The notes beneath the pieces were generated by a model that worked only from the letters and a program-made list of their open reading frames with translations, was not told the DNA's origin and did not search any database. The translations under genes were made by a program, and so were the position numbers. From contig NW_018406970.1 in assembly GCF_002113885.1 (NCBI RefSeq), positions 1,796,022 to 1,860,021 of the forward strand: a stretch of 64,000 nt of DNA. The letters run 5' to 3'. This document shows positions 22,821-35,327 of the stretch, in pieces. Positions within the stretch are counted from its first letter, which is position 1, and each line of letters starts with the position of its first letter. This DNA is from Mizuhopecten yessoensis (lineage: Eukaryota).

Positions 22821-24156
22821 TTAGCTCACCTGGCACGAAGTGCCAAGTGAGCTTATGCCGTGGCGCGTCGTCCGTCGTCCGTCCGTCCGTCCGTCCGGCG
22901 TCCGGCGTCAATATTTTACTTAAAACGACTTCTTCTTAATAACCAAAAGGCCTAGGGTGATGATATTTGGCCAGAAGCAAACTGGGATGAAGGGCTACAA
23001 AGTTTGTTAAAATTAATGACCTTCACCCATTTTCAAGGTCACAGGGGTCAAATATGTTAAAACCTTTAAACATCTTCTTCTCGATAACCAAACTGCCCAG
23101 GGAGATGATATTTGGCCAGTAGCATGCTTGGGTGAAGGGCTACCAAGTTTGTTCAAATGAATGACCTTCAATTATATTCAAGGTCACAGGGGTCAATTGT
23201 CTTAAAAAACCTTTAAACAACTTCTTCTGAATAACCAAAATGCCCAGGGTGATGATATTTGGCCAGTAGCATGCTGAGATGAAGGGCTACAAAGTTTGTT
23301 CAAATGAATGACCTTCACCTATATTCAAGGTCACAGGGGTCAAATATGTTAAAAACATTAAACAACTTCTTCTGAATAACCAAAATGCACAGGGTGATGA
23401 TATTTGGCCAGTAGCATGCTGGGGTAAAGGGCTATCAAGTTTGTTCAAATGAATGACCTTCACCCATATTCAAGGTCACAGGGGTCAAATATGTTAAAAA
23501 CATTAAACAACTTCTTCTGAATAACTAAAATGCACAGGGTGATGATATTTGGCCAGTAGCATGCTGAGATGAAGGGCTACAATGTTTGTTCAAATGAATG
23601 ACCTTCACCCATATTCAAGGTCATAGGGGTCAAATATGTTAAAAACTTCAAACAACTTCTTCTGAATAACCAAAAATGCCCAGGGTGATGATATTTAGTC
23701 AGTAGCATAATAGGATCAAGGGCTACCAAGTTTGTTTAAATGTATGACCTTGAATCATATTCAAGGTCACAAGGAGGAAATATGTTCAAAATATAAAAAA
23801 CTAAAAAAAAACCATTGTTCTGAATAACCAAAAGGCTCAGGATGTTGATATTTAGTCAGTAGCATGCTGGGATAAACGACCTCTTCTGAATAACCATGGG
23901 TCCCAGGATGTTGATACTTTGCAAGTTGCATCCTGAGATGAAAGGCTATTAAATTTGTTCAACATAATGACTTTGTTCGACTTTCAATCACAGGGGTGAA
24001 ATGTTTAAAAAAAAAAATAACAGGTTCTTTTGAATGAATTTTAATCATAAATACTGATATTTTATTTTGCCTGTAGCTTTATTTTAGATCACTTTTAAGG
24101 TTACAAGTGTGCGATTTATACCAGGTGAGCGATGCAGGCCCATTGGGCCTCTTGTT
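22821..24156 (+). mobile_element. HINE/Helentron-type element with ~145-bp internal tandem repeats
   Basis: TTAGCTCACCTGGCACGAAGTGCCAAGTGAGCT, (GTCC)n, 145-bp period array (AACAACTTCTTCTGAATAAC at 23216, 23361, 23506, 23651), 3' CAGGTGAGCG..GGCCCATTGGGCCTCTTGTT. Confidence 0.85.
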
Positions 24157-24490
24157 TACTTGAGGATCCCGGTACCACAGCCAAACATTTAAACCATGAA
24201 TTAGAAAATGTTCGTTCTGGTTTGCCTATAGCTTAGATAAATAATATCTGGGGGGAAAAACCAACAATACCATGCGAGATTTTATGAAAAATATTGAAAA
24301 TGAAATGTGCATTGTGGCTAAACCGGTATTCGAATCCTTGGTCCTTTTTCATGAAACCGTTCTCATGCTCAAGCATGGGTTTCGTGCTCAAACCAGCTTT
24401 CTTGTAACTCACTTAAATCATATCAAACAATCAAGAAGTCATATGCATAAACGGAACAAGACATTAGGAATGAGAACAGGTAGCCTACGT

Positions 24491-24698
24491 CACAGGGACC
24501 TGAGAATGTGTTACAGCTATATTTGGACCTAAACTAATGTGTTCAGAGTAATTTAACACGTTTTGGTGTAGCTCGTGTTGATCACTTGCGGTGTCATTTT
24601 TACCGAAAGTCGATCTAAACCCCTAAAACGTGTGAAATTACTCTGAACACCTTTGTTTAGGTCCAAATATCGCTGTAACAAATGCTCAGGTCCCTGTG
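24491..24698. mobile_element. Foldback MITE with 8-bp TSD (P- or hAT-like)
   Basis: TIR CACAGGGACCTGAG.../...CTCAGGTCCCTGTG; TSD GCCTACGT at 24483-24490 and 24699-24706; abuts a truncated copy of the 52548-52814 MITE. Confidence 0.8.
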
Positions 24699-25052
24699 GC
24701 CTACGTCTGAAATAGACTTTATATATGGTTCGACATATCTAAAATACATTAATTTAGAGTAACTGTTCAAGGGATGTCATTTTGTTAACACAAAGGGTAT
24801 CTCGCATTCAAGGTCAACCGATCGCGAGAGCCCCATGGTAATGAGATCTTGATGAATTCCAGTTTAGTTTATACCCTATTTATTTTATTTTGTTCATGTC
24901 ATACACACAATACATAAGTACAGGATTCAGAAGAAAAAAAAAGTATTTAAATACTTATATGAATCTGTCTCCTTAATTACCGACAAGCGTATGACAACAC
25001 TACAAAGCTAAAAATGAATACTATGTGTAATAAATGACAAAACTTAAACCAT

Positions 25053-25056
<4 letters not shown>

Positions 25057-25093
<37 letters not shown>
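25057..25093. repeat. (GA)n microsatellite
   Basis: Direct reading. Confidence 0.95.
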
Positions 25094-25101
<8 letters not shown>

Positions 25102-26879
25102 ATGTCTTTAATCGTGACTTAGTGATACTGCACTGTAGTTGATACATACAATCGCATACTATAAGATAAGTGAACCCAACATAGGTAAAATAAATGTTTT
25201 AAATCATGACAAAGATGATTTGTGACTCACTGGGATTTATGTGACAGCACTGTTAATTTGTGAAACGTTTGGTTTTTAGAAGTAAAATGTTCCAGTTTAA
25301 ACGTCATGTGGATAGAGTATGTTAAAATATTCAAACGAACCATCCATCCAACTGCCAGTCATATAGGGGTCAAATATCTAAAATAAATGTTAACATCTGC
25401 TTAGGTTTCATCGGCGAAACTTCAAACTTGTATAAGTCCTCCAGTGGGCTTGACCGAACGGCCGTTACTGAATCCAAACTGACCTCTAGTTGACCGAGAA
25501 CTATTCAACAAAACAAATTCCACTGATGAAATTTTAGCCATTCTTAGTAAAACAATCCTCTAAAATCCCTGGCCAGTTTAGTGACACGTATAATCTTGAT
25601 TGTTGATTCGGAGATTCGGAAACAAATACCATCATCAACATGTGCTTTGATTAGTAAGGAAGTTTTTGTTTTTGTTTTTGCTAAACAATTTCCATAAAGT
25701 CAGTTTTAGCCAAATTGCCAAAATTAACGTTACATCATAGGTAGCTACCTTGAAACAGAGAGGGTATACGATACACATCCTCGACTGTGTATTGTAGATC
25801 TCTACTTATTTTCTACTTCAATTAACCATAGGAATCTGCATAAAATTTGTGTTTTTGCCAAAAAGACCGGATGACAAGTTTCTGTACCGCGGCTCAGATA
25901 CCCGTGAGGCATACAACCACCATCATAATGAACGGTCTAGTCCGGCCAAAATGACCTGTCGTATTGACCTCCGATTACCATACTAATAACAGGCGAGTCC
26001 ATATTCATATAGGGGATCGACACAGCTGGTAGATATGTCCCTAATGATCCCTGTCCCAATGCACTGTGTTTTTTTCGTTTATACAGTAACATCCCTTTAA
26101 CCTCGGTTTGGATATAACTGTAGCACAGTTGGGCATGCATTGACACTCCCGTTGTCTAGATAGCTCTATTGGTTAAAACAGTTAATAGTATAACAATCTG
26201 AAGTAGTTTTCGAACCCCGGTCTAGCCCCCACTTAAAACACCGTTGCTGATTATATTTTATTAATTTCATTTTTATCATTTCTCATATAAGTTCTGAAAG
26301 GTGTCCTTTTCACCGTTGTCGACGTCATTCTATTTATCAGAGACTACTTTTTCAGAAATTTATTATCAAATCTATAGTCGTGCTGGAAAAGGCCCAAGTT
26401 ACATGAAAACCGTCCGTTACGTCCCTGGCGTTTTTTATTTTAACGGTTCTGTGCCCGCCTAGAAAGGTGAAGGCGACTTGTCATTTTACGTGTTACCCTA
26501 TTTTATTATTACACAACCACGCTACACAAAACCGATCTCCCACAAATGACAGAAACAAAACGATCCTTCAAGTTTTCTCATGTTTAATAGTTATAGCAGC
26601 ATGTAATCTAAGTATTATATAAAGCGTGAAAATATGAAGTTCAAAGTTTAAATATTCCATCATTTTTAAATAACTTTGCAGTACTATAGGTAACAATGCA
26701 GGTGAGCTTTTCGTTGACTTTTGCAACACGATAAAAACATGTGTTTAATAAAGGCACTTGCTTTTAATAGTGGTGAATTGTTAAAATTACAATAACAAAA
26801 AGCTGATATCCCACATACGGTATAACATAACGACATATATACCTCTCGTAATACATGAGCACCATACTAGAACAGCTGT

Positions 26880-28391
26880 TTATCGCCTAGCTGACACGGC
26901 CACCTTGAAGTCCAACGGTTTCAGCGTAAGTCCGTATTTACTATCGATTACTGGTTCCTTTCCGGGAATGATTTCAAATAAACATTTTTGAATCATCGAC
27001 GAGAAAAACAAAAACAGTTCCATCCTTGCAAGTAATTCTCCTGGACACTTCCGCCTTCCTGCACCGAACGGGAGGAAAAGGTCCGCGGTGTTCTTGTCGA
27101 TATTTCCGTCACAATCTAGGAACCTGGTGGGGTCGAACTGACTGGGATTGTTGAACACTTCCGGGTCATGGTTCACGGACCAGAGATTGACGAAGACGAG
27201 GGTGTTTGCCCGGATGAAATGTCCGTCGAGGATCGTATCGCGAGTGGTGCTGTGTGGCAGTGCAAACGGAAATATACAAGAGTGGCGCAGAATCTCCAAC
27301 ATGCAGGCCTCTGTGTAGGGCAGAATATCAATATCATCAAACGACAATTGGCGATTGACACCGACCTTTTCCCGGATCTCTGCGTGCGCAGCTTCCTGAA
27401 CATCCGGATGTGTGGCCATGAACAGCACTGACCACTGTAAACTACTGGCGATGGTGTCGAACCCTGCGCCGATGAGTTCTTGAACTGTGGTGAGGATATG
27501 CTCGTCCGTAAGTCCCACAGCCTCCTTGTCCTCATCAGGGATGTCGTCCGTCGCCTTAATAAGAGCGTCCGTTATATCCCGCATGTGAGACGCGTCATAC
27601 GTGTCCAAATGTTCCTGTCGCTTTTTCAAGCTGAATTTGTTCATGGTTTCTAGGATACCGATGAACTTGTTGAATGAACTTTTCGTAAAGTGCCTCATCC
27701 ACGGCATAATATCTACTGGGTTTCCTGCCGCTGCAAACGCCATGAATTCGTCGTTCATCTTAACAAGATGTGTAAAATCTTCGTCATCTCGCTGATAACG
27801 TTTACCGAAACACAAAGCGCAGATGATGTTGCCAACCGACAGATAAATTTCGTTGTGAGGGTCGAAGGGGGCGCCCTCTGATCCAAGGAAATTGCTAGTC
27901 AGAACGTCCGCTTCCGACACAATAGCCATTTCTATGGGACTGTTTCGTTTATTGGTAAACAGGGCCAGCGAGTTCTGGGCGATACGACGATGCATTTTCC
28001 AGCGAGGCCCATAGTCTCCAAATCCCATACTCTTTCCATTTGCTATGAATTTGAAGGAATAAAAGTCAGGTCGGCCGGCGAAGTCTTCGGCCTGTTTGAT
28101 CATGGCCGATCGTATAGTTTTGAGACCGTTTAACACAATGGTCGGGGTAGTTCCCATCGTAATTTGGAACACATCCCCGTATGTAGCACGAAGTTCTGTC
28201 AAATATCTATGAGGCTTTTTACCGAGACTTACCAAATTCCCAATAAGAGGCCAAGGAAACGGCCCAGGCGCCGTGGAGGCCAACTTCCGGTTTTTTGAAG
28301 CCCAAATCAGCGACAAAGTAATCACACATCCGATCAAAACAAGCGGTGATATAGACAAATATCCGATCAGTGTTCCAGAAAAGTACGCCAT
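26880..28391 (-). CDS. Cytochrome P450, CYP1-like (clan 2), intronless, ~503 aa
   Basis: N-terminal TM anchor, PGPFPWPLIGNL proline motif, WxxxR (WKMHRR), I-helix GAGFDT, ExxR (EILR), FDPTRF, heme motif FLPFGAGRRKCPG. FAGRPDFYSF and LPHSTTRDT are typical of CYP1. First ATG is at 28391; the track start at 28430 is GTG. Confidence 0.93.
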   Translation of the reverse strand: MAYFSGTLIGYLSISPLVLIGCVITLSLIWASKNRKLASTAPGPFPWPLIGNLVSLGKKPHRYLTELRATYGDVFQITMGTTPTIVLNGLKTIRSAMIKQAEDFAGRPDFYSFKFIANGKSMGFGDYGPRWKMHRRIAQNSLALFTNKRNSPIEMAIVSEADVLTSNFLGSEGAPFDPHNEIYLSVGNIICALCFGKRYQRDDEDFTHLVKMNDEFMAFAAAGNPVDIMPWMRHFTKSSFNKFIGILETMNKFSLKKRQEHLDTYDASHMRDITDALIKATDDIPDEDKEAVGLTDEHILTTVQELIGAGFDTIASSLQWSVLFMATHPDVQEAAHAEIREKVGVNRQLSFDDIDILPYTEACMLEILRHSCIFPFALPHSTTRDTILDGHFIRANTLVFVNLWSVNHDPEVFNNPSQFDPTRFLDCDGNIDKNTADLFLPFGAGRRKCPGELLARMELFLFFSSMIQKCLFEIIPGKEPVIDSKYGLTLKPLDFKVAVSARR

Positions 28392-28690
28392 CTTGTTGCA
28401 CCAAAATAACCAGCAATTTAGAGAACACACTATCTTCTATGTATAACAATGTTTATGGACAATCGGTCCCAACACTAACATGGCGTCGACACTGATCGAG
28501 GACTGCGTTAACACTAAAGGCGACCGTGGCCGGAGTGGTGTCTCGTGTCTATGACCGAAAGGGCGGTCAGATGTAGCCATGACCTTGGTTCAAGCGTTAC
28601 ACAAGCGTCTGGTCAGGCTCCTCGCGTTCTGTGTCAGACATCCATTGTCCGGTGATCGCTTGAAGCTGTCAAAGGCGGCATTCCGGCCCA

Positions 28691-29117
28691 TTATATAGCT
28701 GCGGACACAATACTGACCACAGTCTATACGTCCAGATTGAATGTCAAGGCCAACGCATCTGACAGCAGCGACTGACCTCGCTTCACCACTTAACAAATCG
28801 TCCCAGGTTTTTCACTTAGTACAGTAAGGGCGATTGTTCCATTCTGTCATGTTAAGGTGCATGTAGGCCCGCACAGACAACATATGGCTGGGTGGGCAGA
28901 TCATCGCATTACTAGTAATACTGTAAAACTGCATAATGGCAAGCGACATGATTTATTCCTGTCGCCTGTGTGTATATAGCCACCGATGCCCTACAACGCT
29001 GGTGAATGATGTTTTTTTAATAAATAAATATTTGAACAAATAAAAAACGAATCTCGGTCATCAAATTGACAAAATAAATGCTGAACGTTCATAAGTCCGC
29101 GTTCAAAAGTTCGCGTG
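28691..29117 (-). promoter_or_regulatory. Putative CYP promoter: TATA box (TATATAA 28697-28691) and XRE-like core TCGCGTG (29111-29117)
   Basis: Motif matches ~300 and ~720 bp upstream of the ATG; short motifs that could occur by chance. Confidence 0.35.
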
Positions 29118-29506
29118 ATTTTATTTATTTTTTATTTTAATATTTTATTTGCATCTGAAAGGGCACAAGTTGTCCAATTTATATAAAAAAAAAAGAGTCT
29201 CTTCACAAAAGCATATTATAATATACATTATTTTATATATGCAAATGGCAAAATTTAATTTAATTGATATTTTCAATCACGTTGAGNGGGGGGGGGGGGG
29301 GGGGGGGGGGGGAGGGACACATATACTAAATATTACATATATTTAATGTGATCAGATTTAATGTGAGATCGTGGTAATAATCTTCTACGACACAGACGGC
29401 ACTAATAACACGGTCCACTATTCATTACACCCAGCTTTTCAAAAGTTCATCGTTTCCCGTGCCACGACTGCCTACACCTTTAGCTTTCCATTTTCACCAG
29501 TAGCCC

Positions 29507-29622
29507 GAGTTTCCTCTGGCCCTGACACCAGACTAAGGCATTTTGACAGACATATGTTTGGTGTGTGTTTCCTCTGGCCCTGACACCAGACTTAGTAATT
29601 TTGACAGATACATGTCTGGTGT
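29507..29622. repeat. ~60-bp tandem duplication
   Basis: GTTTCCTCTGGCCCTGACACCAGACT...TTTTGACAGA..ATGT.TGGTGT occurs twice. Confidence 0.8.
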
Positions 29623-30659
29623 AGACGCGGGCTATTCCATCAGTATATGCGTCAATAGTAGACGGAGACTAATAGTGTGACGTCGACAACGGTGAGTTTT
29701 CGTTTCACAAGTGCCGTTTGTATTCTGGGAAGACCAGCTAAAAACACGACTGGCAACATTTAAGATAAACATGATTGATGACTATTACCAACATGTATAA
29801 TAAATACCAAGAACGTACAATTTCTATAGAAAAGTGGAGGGTGGGCGATGTGTGTGTTTATGTGTGTTTGTGTGTGTTGGTGAATTTAGAACATATTGCC
29901 CAGTGTCTTGAAATATTATTTCATTTTTTGTCGGCTTAATTCCAAACTACAAAATAGTCAGCTGCAGGTCAAGAAAAATGCAATCATTCAGTACACAGTA
30001 CAATTCAATTCGTTGATCTACATAATTCAAGAGTTACAAGGAAAATAGAAATGATAAGATTATTAATCCTAGGTGAGTATAACAATTTAATTAAACCGTT
30101 TAATACATTTAAAATTGTCATGGTTGGCTCGGAATGTGCAATCCGTGTGTCAACTTCCTGTTGTATGAGTTGGCGGACGGTAGGATAAGAGGGGCATACG
30201 TAAGCTTCTTGAGATAACAGCACTGTTAAGGTTAATTATCAGCATAATTGAAAAAAATGACCTCGGTTTCGATTAATCTTCGGCCGATATTTTACACGGA
30301 AGTTCGAAAGAAGCTATTTATAGAACACTATCCCTGGTCGTTCGTTCAATTTAAATGATCTGGTAAAAATAGCAAGAATACGCGAATAAAACATAGCGAG
30401 TAGGAATCGTTAGTCCATTGTAGTACGAATATATGTTAATTGCATGCCATTAGCCACTGATGTGAAAGAATGGAAATATATCCGAGTTTAATTGCTCAAA
30501 AACCGGAAGTGTTGTAATATTTTATTGTTGAAAACCCGGAAGTGATGTAATCTGACTTCTATTTTACCTCATTTTAAAACTTGAGCCGTGTGTCTCGCAT
30601 TGCTTAAGAGACAAAGAGTCTATCGTTAGCACACACAAACCAAAAGCACGTGTAAAAAT

Positions 30660-33600
30660 TCAGCATTGTTTTATTAAAGTTGCTTCAGATTTAGGTTTTC
30701 TCTTCTTGTTTCTTATTTTTGTTTGTTTTTGATCCTGGCAATATATTTTGTAAGCGTCAAATTCGCACACACAAATATCATCCAACCACCGGACCATCAC
30801 TTTCTCGCCATCCACCTCAAGTCCTTGCTGCAACAACTTCCGACAGTCTTCTAGTGTTGTCATGGTAACGACCCACCGACTTCCGATATTGAGGTGCTCC
30901 CCCGCCCTGATAGACACGGGGTCATACTGGATGGCTGCTACTTTTAGACCAGTTTCTCTCTCAATCCATCTTTTAATTGTAGCGTGTGATAACCTATCGT
31001 CGCGGAGACTGAAACACAAAGACAGTGGTTGTTCCCTCGGGTAGGACTTCCGCATGTACATGGTTGGGAAAATGCGCTTATCATATCCGACTTTTTGTTT
31101 GATATCGTCAATCAGCGATAAGGTTTTCTCATTGACCACGTGTTCGTCAGCATATCTGGAGAGAAAAAAAAATCAAAACTTATGAATACATGTTTATGGT
31201 GGGTTTTTTAATCGGGTGACACAATAACCCATTGGCGTCCAGCCGTAGCGTAGCGTCTTTATGATTTGATAATCGTAAAAGTGCATAACATTTCATTAAA
31301 ACCGTCTCAAAACTATCCAGAAATTCTTAGTACAACACGGGTAAGAAAATTGGGACTCAAACCGGTTTTTTTCAACAGCATTGTGGTATTCCAATCAAGA
31401 CTTGAAGTGCTTGCTTGTCGAACATTTTCCACCAATTAAAAAGTCAATCTTATTGATACTACGAGACTTTGTCTTGATGCCAAACTTGTTTGATAATGTG
31501 TATTGGGGAAGGGTAGTTTTATTTATCAAATTTTCCGGAGATACCTACTCATCACCATCGAAGTGTGGAACCTCAAAGTTTGGTGTGCTGCCGTGAGGTA
31601 TGTGGAGTCGTACTGTGTGGTGCATGCTGGGATTGCTGGCTTTTTCTGTGGGTTCGTAATTGGGGATTATTGAGGCCCTGGGGGCAGATGCAACTTTGGT
31701 AGGGGCTGCGATAAACCTCCTCCGGAAACCGAGCTCCTCAAGTCTCCCGTAGGACTTCTCGTCCATTCCGTATTGAATAGGTATGCTCCTGTCGTCTGCT
31801 GCTGTGCTCCTACCCGCCATTTCACCACGCCGCGAAAGGAGCTTCGTTGGCTTGCTACTGATCTAGAGAAGATATTGATTGAAAACAGTTATCCGATTAT
31901 TTACTCTTTGAGTAATGGCTACGTCTTTAATTGATATTATATAATACTAATTATGCATAAAATTTCGTGTGTAATTCCATGAACATCCTCGATACTTTAG
32001 AGGTTACGCTCACTTACACGTTCATCGGGCCATAACCTTTGACTAGCGAAGATGTTCTATGAAATGCAGGTTCTAAATTGCTCCTTGAATAAATATTAAG
32101 TTGGCTTGCCATGAAAACGTTTATGAAAAGCGGTATATCATATCATTTTACGCACGGGGGTCTGATAATGAATCAACCGTCATCGAATTTCAAGGGATCC
32201 GCTCGCGATATTGATCTTCTTCGTGTCCGTGGAATTTCTCGTGACATACATTAATCGAAGTTCCGATCCTGCATGCGCCACCATACAAATGAATTACTTG
32301 TAACTAGCCTGAAAGATGGTTATTTACAGTGATTAGTTGGGTTTATTTTTTGTGTGTGCAGGGTATAGATAAAAGGTAAAAGCTGGCGTACGTTTTAGCG
32401 TGTGATGAGGGCTTCAAGGGCTGCATAGGGTATGTTTGCCTTGAAGTCCTCTAGTGTTGTGCATTGTACTGCTGCTATTGGAAGGAGATTCCATTGTGTT
32501 ATTGTGTGTGGAAAAAAATATATATTTGTAGGTGTCCTTTGTAGCAGATGTGTTTGTATGCCTAAGGGTGTGCATGTCTGGTTTGAGGGTCTACGGGTGT
32601 GAGTATATACATCTTGGATTTATAGCTACGAGTTGGTGTACAATTTTGTAAAAAAGGATCATTCTTGTGTGCAAGCGCCGTGTTTGTAGTGTTGGCCATT
32701 GTAGTTTGTGGATCATGTCTGTTACTGAGCTGGTGTTGTGGTATCTGTTGTTTACGTAGCGTGCTGCTCTTCGTTGTGTTTTTTCTATTTGGTTTGTGTT
32801 GTGTGGATCCTAATGGAAGAGCAGTATTCAAGTTTTGGTCTGACTAGTGCTTTGTATGCATGTTCTTCTATATGAGGTGAGTTTATTTTTAAGTTGCGTT
32901 TTAGAAAACCTAGGGACATATTGGCATTGGCTGTAATGTTGTTAATATGTTTGTCCCATCGTAGGTTATTTTGTAATGTTAAGCCTAAATATTTGCTGGA
33001 TTCTACTTGGTGTAATGCGTGATTGTGGAGTTTGTAGTCATGGTGTATTTTGTTGCGTTTCGGTGTAATGTTGAGTGTGTTGCATTTGTCAGGGTGACAT
33101 TCCATTAGCCAGTCTGTCTCCAATTGTCCTGCTGCGTCAAGGTCACGCTGTAGTTTTAGTGTGTCTTCTTTGTTGTCTATCGTCTTGTATATATGATGCT
33201 GTCGTCTGCAAAGAGTCTCAGTGTACTGTATTGCATGTATTCGTGGAAGTCATCGATGTAGATGAGGAGGAGGATGGGGCCCAAACAGGGTCCTTGAGGA
33301 ACCTCAGAGGTTACTTGTTTTGTATCTGATTGTTTGCCCTCCAGTTCTACTGTTTGGGTGCGGAATGAGAGAAAGTCTGTAATCCATGCGTGTGTGTTCC
33401 CTGTTATCCCGTAATATTTGTGTTTATACTGTAGTCGTTTGTGTGGGACTTTGTCAAAAACGTTGGCAAAGTCAATAATGATGATGTCTGTCTGTTTGTT
33501 GATGTTGTTGTTTGATGCGAGATCGTGTATGAATGTTGTGAGCTGTGTTTCACAGGTTCTGAGGATCTTAAGCAGTGTTGTAGGTCATATAATATGTTGT

Positions 33601-34717
33601 TGTTCTCCAGATGTGTCATTGTGGCGCTTGTTATGATGTGTTCTACGGGTTTACATGTTACGTACATAGTATTGCATACATATGGTAGCAGAGTGATGTT
33701 TGGTTAAAGATAAAGGCGAATCGTTCGGCAGCGCTATCGCAATTTTTACCTGATTTGATGTAAGGATATCTCTTTGATAACCTGTAAAGTAAATTAGCTT
33801 TGCGCTTTGTCAGTTGAAGCTGTCTGGAACCAATCTAATAAGTATAACCGCGAACCTACGATTCTGTCGTATATAATGGAATATGATATGAGCCTTGAAG
33901 CCCTTCAGTGTTGTGCATTGTACTGCTGCTACCGGTAGGAGGTTCCATTGTGTGACGGTGTGAAGGAAAAATGAGCATAGACCTGGTAGCATAGGTGTCT
34001 CTGTAGGTGTAAGCTTAGGGTGTGCGTGTCGTGTTCTTGGGGCATGTTGGTATGAAGATAGTGTTGGGGTCGCATTATGTGTGTGTTTATCGCTTGAACT
34101 TCTAGGAAGAACAGAAATACTAGGCTTATTATACTCTAGGCAGGCGGAGATGAGTGAGAATGGTATAAAAACACTGCCTCTATCGACATTCGAACTGACG
34201 AAGTATCCGGTTTGTACACAGACGCACTACATCATGCTGTACTATTCTATCGATTAAGCTTTCTCTTAAGTTTTACCTTCGGAGGGGGAGGTTTTTCTTC
34301 TGGCGAATCATAGTCGATTGCCGTTGCTGTAAGCATATCTTCTGAAATATTGCTGTTCTGTGATATGACATGCCAACGAAAACGCTTGGTGTCCTGATCA
34401 AAGAACATATTGCCTTTTAAACCTTGTAGGTCTATTTGTTGTGGTGTGGTCCCTGGACATGTCCGCGGGCCCGGCTGGTTCTTTTGGAATGTCGGTATGC
34501 TTCCAGCTGTTTGCGGTGGCGATTTATTCATGCCTTCAGATTTTCCCGATTTCACATGAGACATCGAAGAATAAAGACGTCGTGCAAGGAAGTGATCTGA
34601 TCCCTCTGTCGTCCTTAAGATCATGGCTTGGCTGGCGGTTGGCATGGCATGCAAGTATGTTTTATATTGTGTACAACTTCGGCTGGACCACGCCTTGGAT
34701 TTCCCGGTTGTGTGCAT
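30660..34717 (-). CDS. Uncharacterised 416-aa protein with C-terminal atypical RRM (LINE ORF1p/ZCCHC3-like); exons 34717-34277, 31862-31549, 31155-30660
   Basis: Three track ORFs join in frame: AAG|GTAAAA (phase 0) to CTCTAG|ATC, and GA|GTAGGT (phase 2) to CTCCAG|A. The C-terminal region shows a beta-alpha-beta-beta-alpha-beta pattern and a basic tail KIRNKKRKPK. The true start codon is uncertain. Confidence 0.72.
32400..33700 (-). mobile_element. Decayed, 5'-truncated CR1-like non-LTR retrotransposon (RT and C-terminal region) in intron 1 of the RRM gene
   Basis: Frameshifted RT motifs: ILYDLQH, IDFANVFDKVPH, VPQGPCLGP, LFADD, YLGLTLQNNLRWDKHI, LGFLKRNL, YKALVRPKLEY. Confidence 0.85.
33880..34075 (-). 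mobile_element. Second short 3' fragment of the same LINE family
   Basis: TTGAAGCCCTTCAGTGTTGTGCATTGTACTGCTGCT..TTCCATTGTGT matches 32441-32520; encodes SFFLHTVTQWNLLP. Confidence 0.7.
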
Positions 34718-35327
34718 TACGTCATAACATTTGACGTAAACATTTATGACGTCATAATTATTGTAAAGTTATGTCCCTTGTTTTTGTTTGTTTCACAAGG
34801 TTGCCGATGGAAGAATTTGTTCTCGAACCAGATGCCTGTACACCATTTGGCTCTTACGAGATTAATACTACCCCCGCAGAAGACGATAATGGATCTAGTA
34901 CATCACGGAACTTAAAAACTATACTTCCAATATAAAGTACAGTGATGTACCATATTTTTTCAAGGTGGTCTACATGCTATTTTTTCATTTAGTTCTACTG
35001 TATAGATCACATTTTTTTTCAATAAATTTTGCTGACTTTTTTGTCCCATTTTGATAAAATTTTGCACCCAGCTTGAGATCTTTTCGGTGTTTCTATTTGT
35101 AATATTGATACAATTTTTTATTTTTATGTTGTCGATATAATACTTTTCATCTCTTCATACATGTTACATTTGACGTCAATTCCTTAGACACACTGTTAAA
35201 GGTTTGCCGTAAAATATTCTCACTTATCATGGTTCAAAGATTTAAAAACGGATAATATTGTATATGCATGTATTACCAATATATAAACTTTATCTTTTGT
35301 ACAACAGGTTATTTCAGCTGATATAGT

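Noticed and set aside
28392-28430. N-terminal extension of the CYP from the track start
   Set aside because: Begins at GTG; the first ATG at 28391 directly precedes the membrane anchor
28581-28790. Nuclear-receptor elements near the CYP TSS (TGACCTTGGTTCA, TGACCTCGCTTCACC)
   Set aside because: Degenerate hexamers expected by chance; cannot be supported without conservation data
32785-33667. Active reverse transcriptase gene
   Set aside because: Multiple frameshifts and stops, degraded motifs, no endonuclease or ORF1; a dead LINE fragment unrelated to the host RRM exons
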